Origin: Raillietiella orientalis
Lineage: Eukaryota
Assembly (NCBI GenBank): GCA_036172245.1
Contig: JAYWIR010000031.1
Location: 558,001-622,000, forward strand
Direction of reading: 5' to 3'
DNA: 64,000 nt
This document shows, piece after piece, positions 1-12,200 of the stretch. The stretch's first letter is position 1, and every line of letters starts with the position of its first letter. The position numbers were made by a program, and so were the translations under genes. The notes under the pieces are model-generated. The model did no database searches and had not been told where the DNA came from. It worked only from the letters and a program-made list of their open reading frames with translations.

Positions 1-3000
1 GGTAATCTCGATAGAGTGCATACGAGTCTGTATGATCCATCCTAGGAAATGGTGTAGTTATCCGTGAACGTTCCTTCTTCCACGTATCATTACGTGAAGC
101 TGGGCTCATTTCAAAAAGTGAGGAGCAGAGTTTCCATGCAGCGAGAGCAGTGCTTTGCAGTTAATCACATGCGAACGATAGATTCAGCACGGTCCTGGGA
201 AAGGAGGAAAGCCAAAAATTGGAGTATTGGTTGGGCTCAAGGGGGGACGTGGTGCTACTCGATTGGTGGGTACCTTAGATTGGCATGTCAAAAGAAGAAT
301 GCAGAGTATCCATCCCTGGTTAGTAGTGAATTCGATTATCAGCCAGCGGAAATTTTTCAAATTTATTATCAGCTTCTCGAATCTATCGGGGAGATGTGAC
401 TGATGTGGACGTTCTTGATTTCAGGCAGTGCAGTAATGTAATCCTGTGAGTGTGAAATTGGATGAGGATTTCTCGCTCGGTTCCAAAAATATTCGGTTCC
501 AAATACGGTACAACTTGCTCACAACGGCGACAGCACTGGAGCGGCTACTTTTGCCAGTTCGTGCTACAAGGGACAATGAAAAACTCGCTTGCAAACTCTC
601 TACCGGACAGTCACATCCAGGATGTCTGCAATTGCAAATTTTATTTTGAATGTTTATTCTAAGAGAGCGAGAGAGAAAAAAACCCATTGCTAGAGGCTCG
701 TTACACCCGTGTACACGGCAACAGGATTTCGCCATACGCCCTTGTTCATGAAGAAGAAGACAGCAACAAAAACCGTCAAGAGCCTCTTTCTGAAAACTCT
801 TCTTTCGTTTTCCATGCTGATAAGAGAGTATTGGTTTCCTTGCGATCACAAGTTCCTTTCCGTATCAATCATCAATGATCGAAAAGGACGTCCAATGCTT
901 CTGCGGCTGTCATGATGCCGAAAGAAAGAAAAAGAATGCCCACAATGCTGTAGCACATAAATAATCAAGTTGTTACCTGAGCTGCATGCGATAATTGAAG
1001 CTGTACACATTACTTCACAAAAACGAAAAACTGGTTCGTGGGAGATCAGCCATCCTGTAAGATCATTTTATCTGGCGTGTCACAGGACTCCATCTCGTTT
1101 TTCTCGTTTTGCTCATGTACCACTGCCTTTCAGGAGTGGGTGTTCTCAAACAGACAGCAGCTTCGAAAAAAGATGTTCCGGAAAGCAGGAGAGAAACATG
1201 AGTTCCCAGGGAGGCAACCGATCTCTACGGCACACATCGGTTGAAAAGTGAAGCTCTTAATGAACCCTTTCTTGTTCATCCAGTCTTTTCCTCTGAAATA
1301 ATATAATTCAAGATTCTGGACATCGTATACAAGATTGGAACCTTATCCTGAACTCCTGACGACATCTAGATTCCTTTACATTTGTCTAAGAATCTCTGCC
1401 TGATCTTTTTGAGGTGGTTGAGCCACTTACAGCGGAGGATATGACGGCGAACGGTCCTGTTTGAATAATCTTCAAAGTCAGAAGCAAGTAAGTGAAGTGC
1501 TATGTCATGCACGAGCTTTCCTTTTTATTTCTACGGCCCTCTGGGTCCAAGTTAAGATTTGGATTTCAAGTCTGTATCAGCTTGAGCTCTGCTATACATC
1601 CACGTTAATTCTTAGGGGCGAATTGAGTGACACTGAAAAGCAGAGTTGAAAGACAAATCTAAAAACAACGTATGTGCAGACCCCAGAAAGTTGAAATACA
1701 TGCGTGCCTTCCATGATCAAAAGTTCGGAAGAAAAAGGAAGAGTCCCGAGATCAGACGTAAAGGAATCATCAGATTCAGTGCGGAATCCACGAAACAAAG
1801 AATCGCGCATCTCCGAAGAAAAACACAGACGTGAATCAAACAAGATGTTGGAGAGGGATAAAAGAACGGAAACCATGGAGAGTGAAGCGGGGAGTTGAAA
1901 GCTTTTCATTTCAGAAGATCAGAAAGGATTGGACACTCCAACACTATTTGACTATCTTCTATCCGTCATTATTACACCTCCTATCTTCAACTCTAAACCA
2001 TCTTGGACCCGTAAGTAAATATAAAACATCATCGAATGGAAATTGATGAGGATAACCACCGAATAGTTCATTTATTTCTCCTCATTGTCCATCGCATCAC
2101 AACCGAGTGATCCTTTAATACTCAGAATTCATATTTTCGTAAGCTAATTCCTGTCCACCATCTTAACGCTGTTCATTCGCAACCCCCCACATGACTTACG
2201 ATAAATCAATAAAATCCACAATGCAATGGAACCTATCCTATCCATTCGGAGGGGCTGGTTCATCACTGAGGATGGTGTCACAGAAATTAAGTGGAGGGAT
2301 AAAGTGTGATGTAAACAGAAGCCCTGCTAGAAATTCTCATTGCGATATTCGTATTCCAGATAGGCATTCAAACAGCAGTCAAGGATAACGACTCAACTCT
2401 TCCCGGCAGGAAGGCAAATGTCTTAGTGATCGAAGATGAAGGAAATCCCCAAAAAAGAAAAAAAAACCTACGATTCTTATTCCGAACCAAGTGGGGTGGG
2501 GGGGCATTCCCGATTTCGAAGGGTTTGCAAGTGCTTCCCAGCGGAGTCACTGCTGGAGGTGGCAAGGTGGTGGAACGGAAGACGCACCAAAGCTTTCCAA
2601 AATTTCCGTGGATCGGCGCGATAGAGTACAGTTTTGTGCAGTACCAATGAAGAGCTTTTTATTCGGAATGGTTTGCCGACACAGTGGACGACGTGCGGAA
2701 ATGAATCAGAGAGACGGATGGAGGTTCCATTTTGCATTTACGCAAATTTGCTCTTTCCAGAAAAATAAAATGATTCCATTGAAGTCATCTAGCCGAAACG
2801 AAAACCTGAGGCTTATGGATTTTGAGGTGCATAATCTTCTCAGAGAGCGAATGCAATCTGATTCTGAATTCTCCTTGGTTACGGAGTTTATCAACGGCCA
2901 ACCAAGGAAAATATCATTTGCGCTCAAATACAGAGCAAAATTTGTGCTCAGATTTTCGCATTAATGTAGGAACGGATAATGGTGATAATTCTGGAAAAGT

Positions 3001-4324
3001 CTGTGGAATATGTTCGGGAAAAAAAATAAAATCTCTTTCTTTTCTTCTTATCTATACACACTGAGATGTGTAGCTCTGTATCTTAGCAATCCCTCTCTTT
3101 TCCCAAGCTGGAGATTAGCATTTTGAAGAGACAACGAGGGAAGAATTAACGATAACGACTATAATCAATGATTAAGAATTCATTGGAGAGAAAGGAATTC
3201 AAGTGACAGTGAATCCGAGTGATTGAGCATTAGCAACGAATACAAAATGTCAGGGCAAAATGTCTTTCCAGATGCTTGTTAAAATCTAAGCCGCTTATTT
3301 GGACTGATCCCCCGAGTTTTCTCTTGGAAAAATTCTATCCAATTCCAAACGCAAAGTCAGAAAACTGAAAATCATGCAATTTCCGATGCAGTCCTTTTCG
3401 GATCTGCACCTCATTCCAAAGAAGGCAGGCTCCAAGAGATGCTTTCCGTCTCGTTCTCTTTTCAGCCACATAGAATATGCAGCGAATGACAGCCACAACA
3501 GAAAATTGGCTTAGCCGAAACCGCAACAGTTTGCTGTTGATTAGAAACACTTCCGGGATTGCTGCGAGTCCATTGATTACAATTTGACATCTCCGTATTT
3601 TACTGGTATTGGTCCAGCTTCCTCGGTTGTCGCAATCAGAAGGTGAAGTCAATATCAGGAAACTACGGGCTGCTCTCCAATTGGAATTTTCCTTTTGGAG
3701 TGGATTTTAGAAGGACAGTAAACCAGAGAGAGGAAGGAATATTAGGTATTGGAACTTTTTGAAGTTCCATGCCTATTCTGGTCCCTCTTCCACTCTGCGT
3801 GTTAGGTGACGTGCAGAAAACCAATCAGTGTTAAAGAGGTCTCAAGAATCTTCTGGAGCAGAACATCCCAAAGTTATGAACTCAGAGACTCTTCTAGTCA
3901 TAATTAACTTTGAAGCGCCCCAGTGGTCTTGAAGACCTGGTCATCCATTGGTGACAAAAGGAACCTTTCTCTTTGACTAAAGTACCTACCGTAATGAAAA
4001 AGGAAGCCTGAAAACAACCAGATGAAGAAGTTCTTCATCTTCCTTTCGCTCTCCATTGCAATTTCCATCCCTCGTGGAGGAACAGACACTCTTTTGGATA
4101 CGTAAAAAGAACCCCCTGCATGCTGTATGTTTGGCTCATTTGCAAGCGTTATCTTTAGCCGTTCATTAAAGAACTCGAAGGATAGCTGACGGGAAGAGCA
4201 CACTCAGGAGAATGGCACTCTCGTGGAAGTCCTCGGCTCTTCCAGACTCTTCATCTTTAAATGTGCTCTGTATAGACGAGCACCGAGACAGATATTTGGA
4301 AGGAACTCTCTTTGGTGCTGTTTC

Positions 4325-5146
4325 ACCCGAAATGTACTGGTTTTGGCAGGTGCAGGGGTCCCCGTGCTTGCACAGGCAGCTTTTTCTTCATCTGACTTGC
4401 TCGACACAACAGTGTCCTCGACCGGGCTGTCTTTGTACAGCTAAGCAAGAAAGTAGGTCGAGTCCCACTACTCGTAGGGGGCTTTCCACTCCCGTTGGAC
4501 CACACGATCCCCGGATTATAGGTATGCACCAGCCTGTACAGCTCCGCATCACGGAGCACTGCGTCGTCCAGTGGTTCCTCCTGCCAATGAGGTACATGGG
4601 GTGGAACACTCTCTGTACGATTTGTTCCACAAGTCGTACAGAGAGTGCTCCTGTGATACAAGCCGAACTTCAGGTCCATATTCTCCCGCGAGGCTATCAC
4701 CAGTTCGCCAGCTAGGTCGAGCTTCGGTCCTCCATCCATGGAGTCCCAGTTGGCTCAGAACTCCGAGTCCCAGAGGCCGAAAAACCTTCGTGGAGCTTCG
4801 GCGTCAGGACGGCGTATCTAGTTCCGTCGCCTGGAAGAACCTGGCCCAGGACTCCGGGTGGAAGGATTGCGCTGTGAAGTCGGATCCGAATTCTTGAACC
4901 CTCAACAGAAGCTGTGATTCATGAAGTTCGCCTCTTGAGAGTCGCCCCAAACGGTCCAGTTGTACCAGAACCACTCCGAAGAAAATGCCTGCGCGGAGTA
5001 ACACCCCCGAGCGAAGGAAGCAGCTCAGCTTGGCCGTGTCGCACCACGGGAGAAGGGGCCACTTGTCCCGAGATTCTTAGTTAGGCAGGTATAGGTGAAG
5101 TGGAGCCGACGCTAGGCATGAGACCAGGATGACAGGGGCGCTCCAT
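4325..5146 (-). pseudogene. FUCA: Alpha-L-fucosidase (GH29, FUCA1/FUCA2-like) pseudogene, N-terminal ~270 codons, no introns visible
   Basis: Stitching frames on the minus strand gives YLPN*ESRDKWPLLPWCDTAKL, SEWFWYNW, EFGSDFTAQSFHPESWARFFQA, SMDGGPKLDLAGELVIASRENMDLKFGLYH, ELYRLVHTYNPGIVWSNG, LYKDSPVEDTVV and CKHGDPCTC. These are collinear with GH29 motifs (WESLD.RPLP.WYD.AK; SEWFW; F.A.FF.P..WA.LF; GPKRDLVGEL; FGLYHS; WSDG; LYN.SPV.DTVV; CKHG). There are several frameshifts and an in-frame stop, and the nucleophile Asp of WSDG reads Asn. Confidence 0.92.
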
Positions 5147-6559
5147 GCTCGCTTTCAGATGGTAACTCCTCATCAACTGGAAATACATGGTTTGTGTCAC
5201 AGAGCGTCCAAGAGCTCAACTGTCTTCAAAAAAAACTTTCGAGAAAATGGTGGTAGAAAGCACTTTCGATTTCCCGAAAACTTCGACGTTGCTTGCATCC
5301 GATCGATCAACGCATGATTTATGTGTGCACGTGTTTTTTTTTTTTTTTCAAACGTGATGACTTCAGAGTTCTTCGGAAATGATCACGAGACACCTTCGAA
5401 TTGCAATTCGAAAAATATTAAAAAGGTCGAGTCGAAGCAGCAGATTAGCTCCCAAGCTCAAATTGCTTTCCGCCTTCAATTCCGGGATCATTCGTAGCTG
5501 ATGCCCATCTATCATAGGAATCTCCACTTATCTCTTGGTGCGTAACAACCCTCTACCGAAAGTTCATCATCCAAAGATGCACAGGATCTCTGAGTTTGCA
5601 GCAACAGAAATCGATTCCATGGCTGCCCTAGTTCCTTCCAAAGACTGACCAGAGTCTTCTGGATACTTGAGTCTGTGAAAAATTGATCACCATGACGGAA
5701 TACAGAAGGAAAAAACGCAGGGGGTGTTTCCCTGTGCACGCCCTTAACGATCGTCGGGCTGCATGATTTGTCTTCAAGGCCATAATGTATTCTAACCTGT
5801 GATTAGGACAATCTCGAATCAAGTCCCTAATCTCACAGCTCTGGTCAGTTCACATGTGCTCATGTCCACTGATTCAGCTGACCAAACAGCTTCCCGTGCA
5901 TTCGGTTCCTCGCAATCCCAAAGCAGTAAGACGATAGAGTTCCCGTTTAAAAGTCGCTTAAACTGTGCTGCGCGTGTCGTCTTTGACTGTCGATTTCCCC
6001 CCTCCCCCACATAGAAGAGAATTGCAATTATCTTGCAGTGTGTGTGCTTTTGCCGTTTCTGTTTCTCATGCACAGGCATCAAAAACAGTACTCTGCGTTC
6101 GAAATCCGCCAGCGCCTGAAAACTAATTGACTTCTCGTGAATCGATTCACTGTGCTCATTTCATTTTCTTTGGGCTCTGATTCTAAATTCTCGAGATTAG
6201 CAAAACTGAGCTTCTAACTGAGAATGAACTTTATAGGAGGTGGGAGTTCGGTAGCAACTGCTCCAGCGATATCAGCCAACGGAACGTGCTTTTTCCTTTT
6301 CTTCTTCCAGATATCATTTATCAAAGACATTCAAGAAATTCTACTCAGGGAGAAGCACACTCTCACAGTTCACGTGGTCCTAGATGGAAATCCATGCAGC
6401 ACAAATCCATCCAAGGAACCCGGGCCCGGATCCCTAAGAAGATTTACGGAAATCTCGACATCATGCGCGGAATCCAGGGACATCGAGAAAAGGCAGTTGT
6501 GGTTGTGACAAAGGCCTGCTGTGTCTCTCAGTTTCATGTGATGCGGATGCTTTGTGGCC

Positions 6560-9200
6560 TTCCCATGCATTCGTAAACTGCAATCGGCATCGAAGTCATC
6601 ATTTGAAATTCTTCAGAGTGCACACGGAAGTCAAAGAGGTTTCTAAAGCAGCAACCGTTCAAAGGGAAGCCTCAAATAGCAGAGCCACGCATGGTGCCGT
6701 GCAGGCAAGGAGGAAGCTCAACAAATACGTGAGTCCAGTTTGAACGGAAGTCTCCAAGCTAGCAGAAGTCGCTTTGTGAGGTCCAAACCCAAGTGGGTCC
6801 TGGAAGCGCAAGCACGACAACATTGCGAGGGATCTGCATGATCTCCGGCTTGGTTCTGGAGATTCGGAAGCCAGTTGCTTCAAAATCTGCAACCCTGTTG
6901 TTATCTTGAAGAGACAACGAGGGCACTGCTGCTCAGGAAGAATGCAGCCGAGATGCTGCGCTCCCAAATCACTAAACAAGATACCTCTCGATGAAAAAGC
7001 ATGGAGACCTGCTTGATTTTCACACAAGATATTCGAATTCATCCCCGATCATCACTTCGAGCCTATGAAATCCAAAAGCAATGAATTGGAGCGGTGCTCT
7101 TCAGTCGAACGCACTCTCATCCTTAAAAGCCTTCCTGGCGTAGCTTTGGCGTTCAGTGGTGCAAGAAATTCACCGTGCTGCCTCCCTTTGAATCCAACCT
7201 CCTTTTCGTTCACATCGGAAGTCCTCAAGACTTACGTCGCATCTTCCTACCTCTGCTCCGTGTGCTTTTCACCGCGAAGAAATGCCTTCGTCAGTCACCA
7301 CATGCCCATGTAGGACAGCAGTTATTCCGTTGCGAAGCCGCCATATGTGTTTCCATCGAAACTTTCCATCCCTTTGAGGAGGGACTTACTTTTGCTGCAC
7401 TCAGGACGAACTCTCGTCGAAGCAGGTGGGTCAACTAGCTGCATTCCCTTGAAACTTCCCTCGCAGTTTCTCGGTGGCAGGATGGAGTCGGAATTTTTCT
7501 TTCCTTTCTCTTTGGCTTCCCGCACCTTCGCTCGACGGAGACTAGGGCACAGTATCGCCCTGTAACATCTGAAAATGCTCTGCTCTTCTTCTCGTGAACG
7601 CTCCTTCGTCATTAACCTCTACCGTGGTGAATTCATCAAGGTTTCTGAAAATTCCAGGAGTACGCATTGAAAAAGTTTGCCATGACAGCATGGTTTCCAG
7701 CATTCTTTGCTCCATCGATGGCTTATGCACATGGTAACAGGAACTTTTAAAGGAACTTCAAAGATTCCTGTAGAAGAGCTTTTAATATTCTGGAGAATAT
7801 TTTATACGTGGGGTTTACAGCGTCTTCAAACCTCAGTTCATTTTCACTATTGCCTTAAAAGGTTTCTTTTCATCGTTCTTTCGACAAGGAACCATTTTTC
7901 CCAAGTGACCACTTAGGTTTCATGCAGTGTTCACGAGGTGCTGCAGTGTCGCAGGACCATTGCCATCTGTAAGAGGACAGATGGAGAGATGGGAGGAGAG
8001 TTTGATTTTTCCCTGGAAGCTTCTTACATATCGTGGCCATTGAGAGAAGAAGCTGAGAGAGAAGAGTTGTCACGGAGGACGCATAAAATTCAAGATGGTC
8101 GTTCGAAAGCCGTTCGCGATAAAGAGAAGACCCAGCACGTTCCATTTGTACATTTCGCTCCGCGATGAACAGGCGTGGGGAATGACAAAAAGGACAGGGG
8201 ATGCTTTGGAGAGGGAAGAAAGGGGAATCAGCATCATTTGGATAGCCTCAAAACCATGGCATCAAGGATTCATGTTATCCTGCATCCTCGGAAAAAACTA
8301 TTAGTAACATGAATGCATGCGTGACTGATGGATCATCATTTTTTTTCCATTCTCGGAAGTCCGATCTATTTGGTGAATTCCAAGGTGGAAAACGGTAACT
8401 GCGAACTCGAGCAGACAACATGAAAGCCATGTTGGCAAACGTTTTAAGAGCACGAAAACCACTTACGGGTGTGGTGGCGGCGCCTCGTTGCAAGACTCAC
8501 AGCACACCTACGTCGAATACGTCATTTCTGCCAAATGTCAGGGATTTTATCAGCTGCCCACTCAATGGTGCTTCAGGGAAATGCCCTGGACATGTCGGAT
8601 ATCGTGCGCGAGGGATTCAAAGTTCCCTAAGCAGCGTCAATCTTCTTCGAGTCCCGGACTTCCGGTCGCTGGTGCTCTCGCCGAAGCGGGCACTCCCCCA
8701 TCTCCTTTCCCTGCCGTACTTCTTTCCGTGCATAAGCTGCAAAGCCACTTCACTGAACAGCGGATCCGAAAACTGGCTCTGGGCGTGGCGATCTGCGTGA
8801 GTGGTTTCCGTATTCGGAAAAACTGAGCATCCTCCCAGAAAAAAAGCACAGAACTCATCTGATCCTCTGCTTGCTGACTGCTCTTTCGCGAGAGTTTTGA
8901 GTGCCCTATGCTCCCTTCCAGAATCATCAACCGCTGGGGGCGACTTCCCTTGCACTGGTTCGTTCCCACGTATCGAGTATAGTAAGAAAAACTGAAGAGG
9001 CATGCGGTTTTGGACAGATGGCACCTCATCATAGAATGCCACGACATCGATCTGTGAAGGATGATGAAAAATGTCACGATGATCCGGAATGCAATGCACG
9101 ACAGTTCGTGAACAGCGCCGGTCTCGAGCGCTTCCCTCAAGGAGTAACGACATTTTCGTTGAAAGGCTGCTGTAAACCTCAGTATTTTCCCTCCGCCACT
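6560..9200 (-). pseudogene. Degenerate NACHT-LRR (NLR-like) gene relic
   Basis: Ordered, frameshifted motifs on the minus strand: MSLLLEGSARD (Walker A-like, ~9150), VLFFLGG/VLFFWED (Walker B-like, ~8840), LTQIATPRA (sensor-1-like), ALKTFANMAFML (HD1/WHD-like, ~8440), then RI-type LRR-like text SDLGAQHLGCIL and SLQDNN (~6900-6980). Highly diverged. Confidence 0.45.
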
Positions 9201-12200
9201 CTGAGCTCTGATGTTTGCCTCTTCCAACGCAACGTAATGTAAACAGGAAAAAAAAAAAGTTTACCATCTCGGAAAGAACACGGTGTGCGTGCTCCGATCC
9301 GGAGAGTCACGGCATGCAATCCTGGTTAACAGGAGATTTCAGATTCCGCAAGCGCACCACGGATCAGCATCAGATTCATGTGCGAGTTGCCCTTAGAAAC
9401 GACAGCAGACGAAGGAAGCAGGAGAAATGTCTTTGGATATAGAAGCTCCTTCTTCGGAATCCTCTAAAGTCACTGCGTGGTGCAGCTCGTGAGCTCGATG
9501 CGCACCGAAGACTCTTGAAGTCAGGGACCACGCGGAGCTTGAAGACTCACCACACTCAATTAACGGCATGCAGCGAGAGAAGCTGCTTCCCGTGGGCACG
9601 TTCTGGCTCGACGACCAAGGCGTCGAAGCCAGCTAAGGAGCTCCTTATAAGATAGACAGGAGAAAATGGGTAGAAGCCAGACAAATAGAAAACGTGATAA
9701 TGAGGAAGGAATGCAACTTGCTCTCCTTGTGTGCTCGTGCACGAGCAAGTTTTGTGCTCAGAGAGATCGGGAGCGTTCACTTTTCTGAAATTGTTCGATG
9801 GAGGTTGGTGGTCAGTGACTCCCTCCCCTCTTGGCATGCATATTCGAGATTTTTTTGGTTTCACAAGTCACAAGGATTGTACTGAGGGGATTGCTTCGCT
9901 GAGGGAAAACTGCGCCTCCATTGGTTTCCGTGTCAGTGTTCGGGTGTTTGCGAGCCTGGAATTTCTCTGTGTGGTGAACTGGGGGCATAGTGATTCCTTT
10001 CTTTGAGCTTCATGCCGACCGACCTTTTCTGAGGAGGTCCATCGATGTCGCCGACTGCCATTTCCGGTGAAGGATGAAAAACCAGTGTTGCTGCCGCGAG
10101 TTTCTACAGTGTTAGGAAACAGAAGAAAACAACAACTGGTGCGTTTGCTGCTTTTCTTGTAGTATCTACGTCATATCTGTTGCAAAGTTGCTGCTGCTTT
10201 GTGGTTCCGCCTTAAAGCATGAAGGAGGAAACAGACTCCGAAAGCTCTGAAACTCATCTCTGGGATCATCCCACCTTGAGTCCACTTGATTATGATTCAC
10301 AGTGACTGGTGTCAACTGTTCCATAGCAAGCCAGCAAAGCTTTAGTGGGCAGTCTTAGCAGATTGATACATCTTCAGCAAGACCAGAGATGAATAACAGT
10401 CACATAGCTGTCTATGTGTATTTTATGTACACTTTTATGTTTGTCAAGGATCTAAACAGCCGATGGAAATTAATTGCAGATAATTTCGTAGTAGCAGGAG
10501 TCGCAGCACCAAGCGCAGTAGGTAGAAAATGAGAAAGCAACGCCATCTACATGACGACATCCTCCTTGAAGAGGACAGCAGAATCTGATGGTGGAATTAA
10601 TGAGTGCGTAAATCCCATTGAGGATAGGATTACCAGAATCCTGCACAGGGAAACACTGATGACCTTCCCTTGCCTTCCTTCCACCTCACCTAGAAAGTTG
10701 AACATTTTTTGCATCTCTTTATTTGGCGACCACTCCCTTCCTCGGACCACGCTGGCATGTCTGCTAGCTTCTGGTCAGCTCATTCAGAATTGTTTGGACT
10801 ATCTCAGGAACCAGCATCTCACTCTGCATTCTTCTATTTTATTTTATCTTTTCGCATGTTTACTGTTACGAGTTACCACATTATTCCGGTGCAAACGGGA
10901 GCCATAGCACTAGGACATGTATATAGCCTGAGCCCTAGTGCATCCACATACGAGTTGTGTGATCTCATGTAACCAAGTACACGTACACACTTGGTACGGA
11001 GAATCACTAGTGTACCCAGTTTGACTCACTGCTTTGTGCCTGAACCGTTCCTCAGCCTCCCCACCTTATGAACTTGGTCCAGGATGACACAATAGGATAG
11101 TCTCCCATTCTTAGTGGTGAAGTGTTCCTTATCCTGGAGACGTAAGACACTCAATGGAGCAAGTGGGTGTCCTTACTCTTAATGACTACTGTTCATGGGA
11201 GTTGACTTTTCTGCTCTGAGGAAAAATTCCCAAGGAGGCGCAATTTTCCTGGATTCGTAGGCTGGTTCAAGAGATTCCGCCTGAGGGTTTCGGTTGATTT
11301 TGTGAATTCTGATATCTCAAAATAACAGCGATCATGATGATAATGATGATATCAGCATTCACAATTCACCATTCCATTTTCAAATTTTAGAACATTCCAG
11401 TTTTAGAACCTTTAGGTGTTTCTCAAACTGAAAACCTGAAAATTTCTCGTTAAGTCTTCACTACACCTGTTCTAGTCAGTGCCTATGATTCCTGTAAAAC
11501 GGGAAAAAGAAAAGATAAAAATGCATAAAGAAAGGGTAAAATAAGAATTTCAAAATGCACTGTGGTTAATTACAGAGTTATGAAACTGTGGAAAATTCTT
11601 GTTTTTTTCTTGAGCAGATGTGTTCTTGTCTTTTTCTTCTATTTGTTGCTCGCGTAAGAAGGTAATGGATCCCTTTTTTATTTGCATCTTGGTATGAAGC
11701 TTTAGAGTTTGGTTTTCGGTTACAACTGCGGCACGCCAGGAGTCCATACTTCAGTCCCCGTTTTCCATGCTCCATACGTTTCTTTCTCCTTCGACTGGAA
11801 TCGCAGTTGGATTTGGAAGTTGCATTACTTCCCGCTTCTTGCCTATTTCAGAGGATGGGCGAAGGTTTCCCGAATTCAGATTACTCAAATCCCTGTTTGT
11901 GGTTTTGTGAAGAGGATGAAGCCGTTCGTCTGACTTGACAAACGTGCTCTATCACTGCTACGTGGAAATCGGACCAGCCGATACATGAACGTGGCCTGAA
12001 GACTCCTCCATCTCTACTCACCAGCACCGTCCATGAAAAGCAGACATCGTGAAAGGAAAAATCTAAGGAGAAAATCACTCGAGGTCACAGAGAGCTCTGA
12101 AAAAGTCCTCAAGCCATTTAGAAAGTAGAAGAAAGCAAAATGTCAAAAGATCTGTGAGCTCATCAACATGATGCCGAATGAAGATACAAATTTACCATCA

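Noticed and set aside
3500..3610. Tetraspanin-like CCG motif on the minus strand
   Set aside because: The motif is too short and no transmembrane exons were found.
5600..5745. Fibronectin type II-like text (GNTPCVFSF) on the minus strand
   Set aside because: The remaining conserved cysteines are not recoverable.
11040..11210. Possible Deu/Nin-type SINE core (GGATAAGGA...CCTGGACCAAGTTC on the minus strand)
   Set aside because: Single copy in the window, and the resemblance is too weak to call without a Dfam search.
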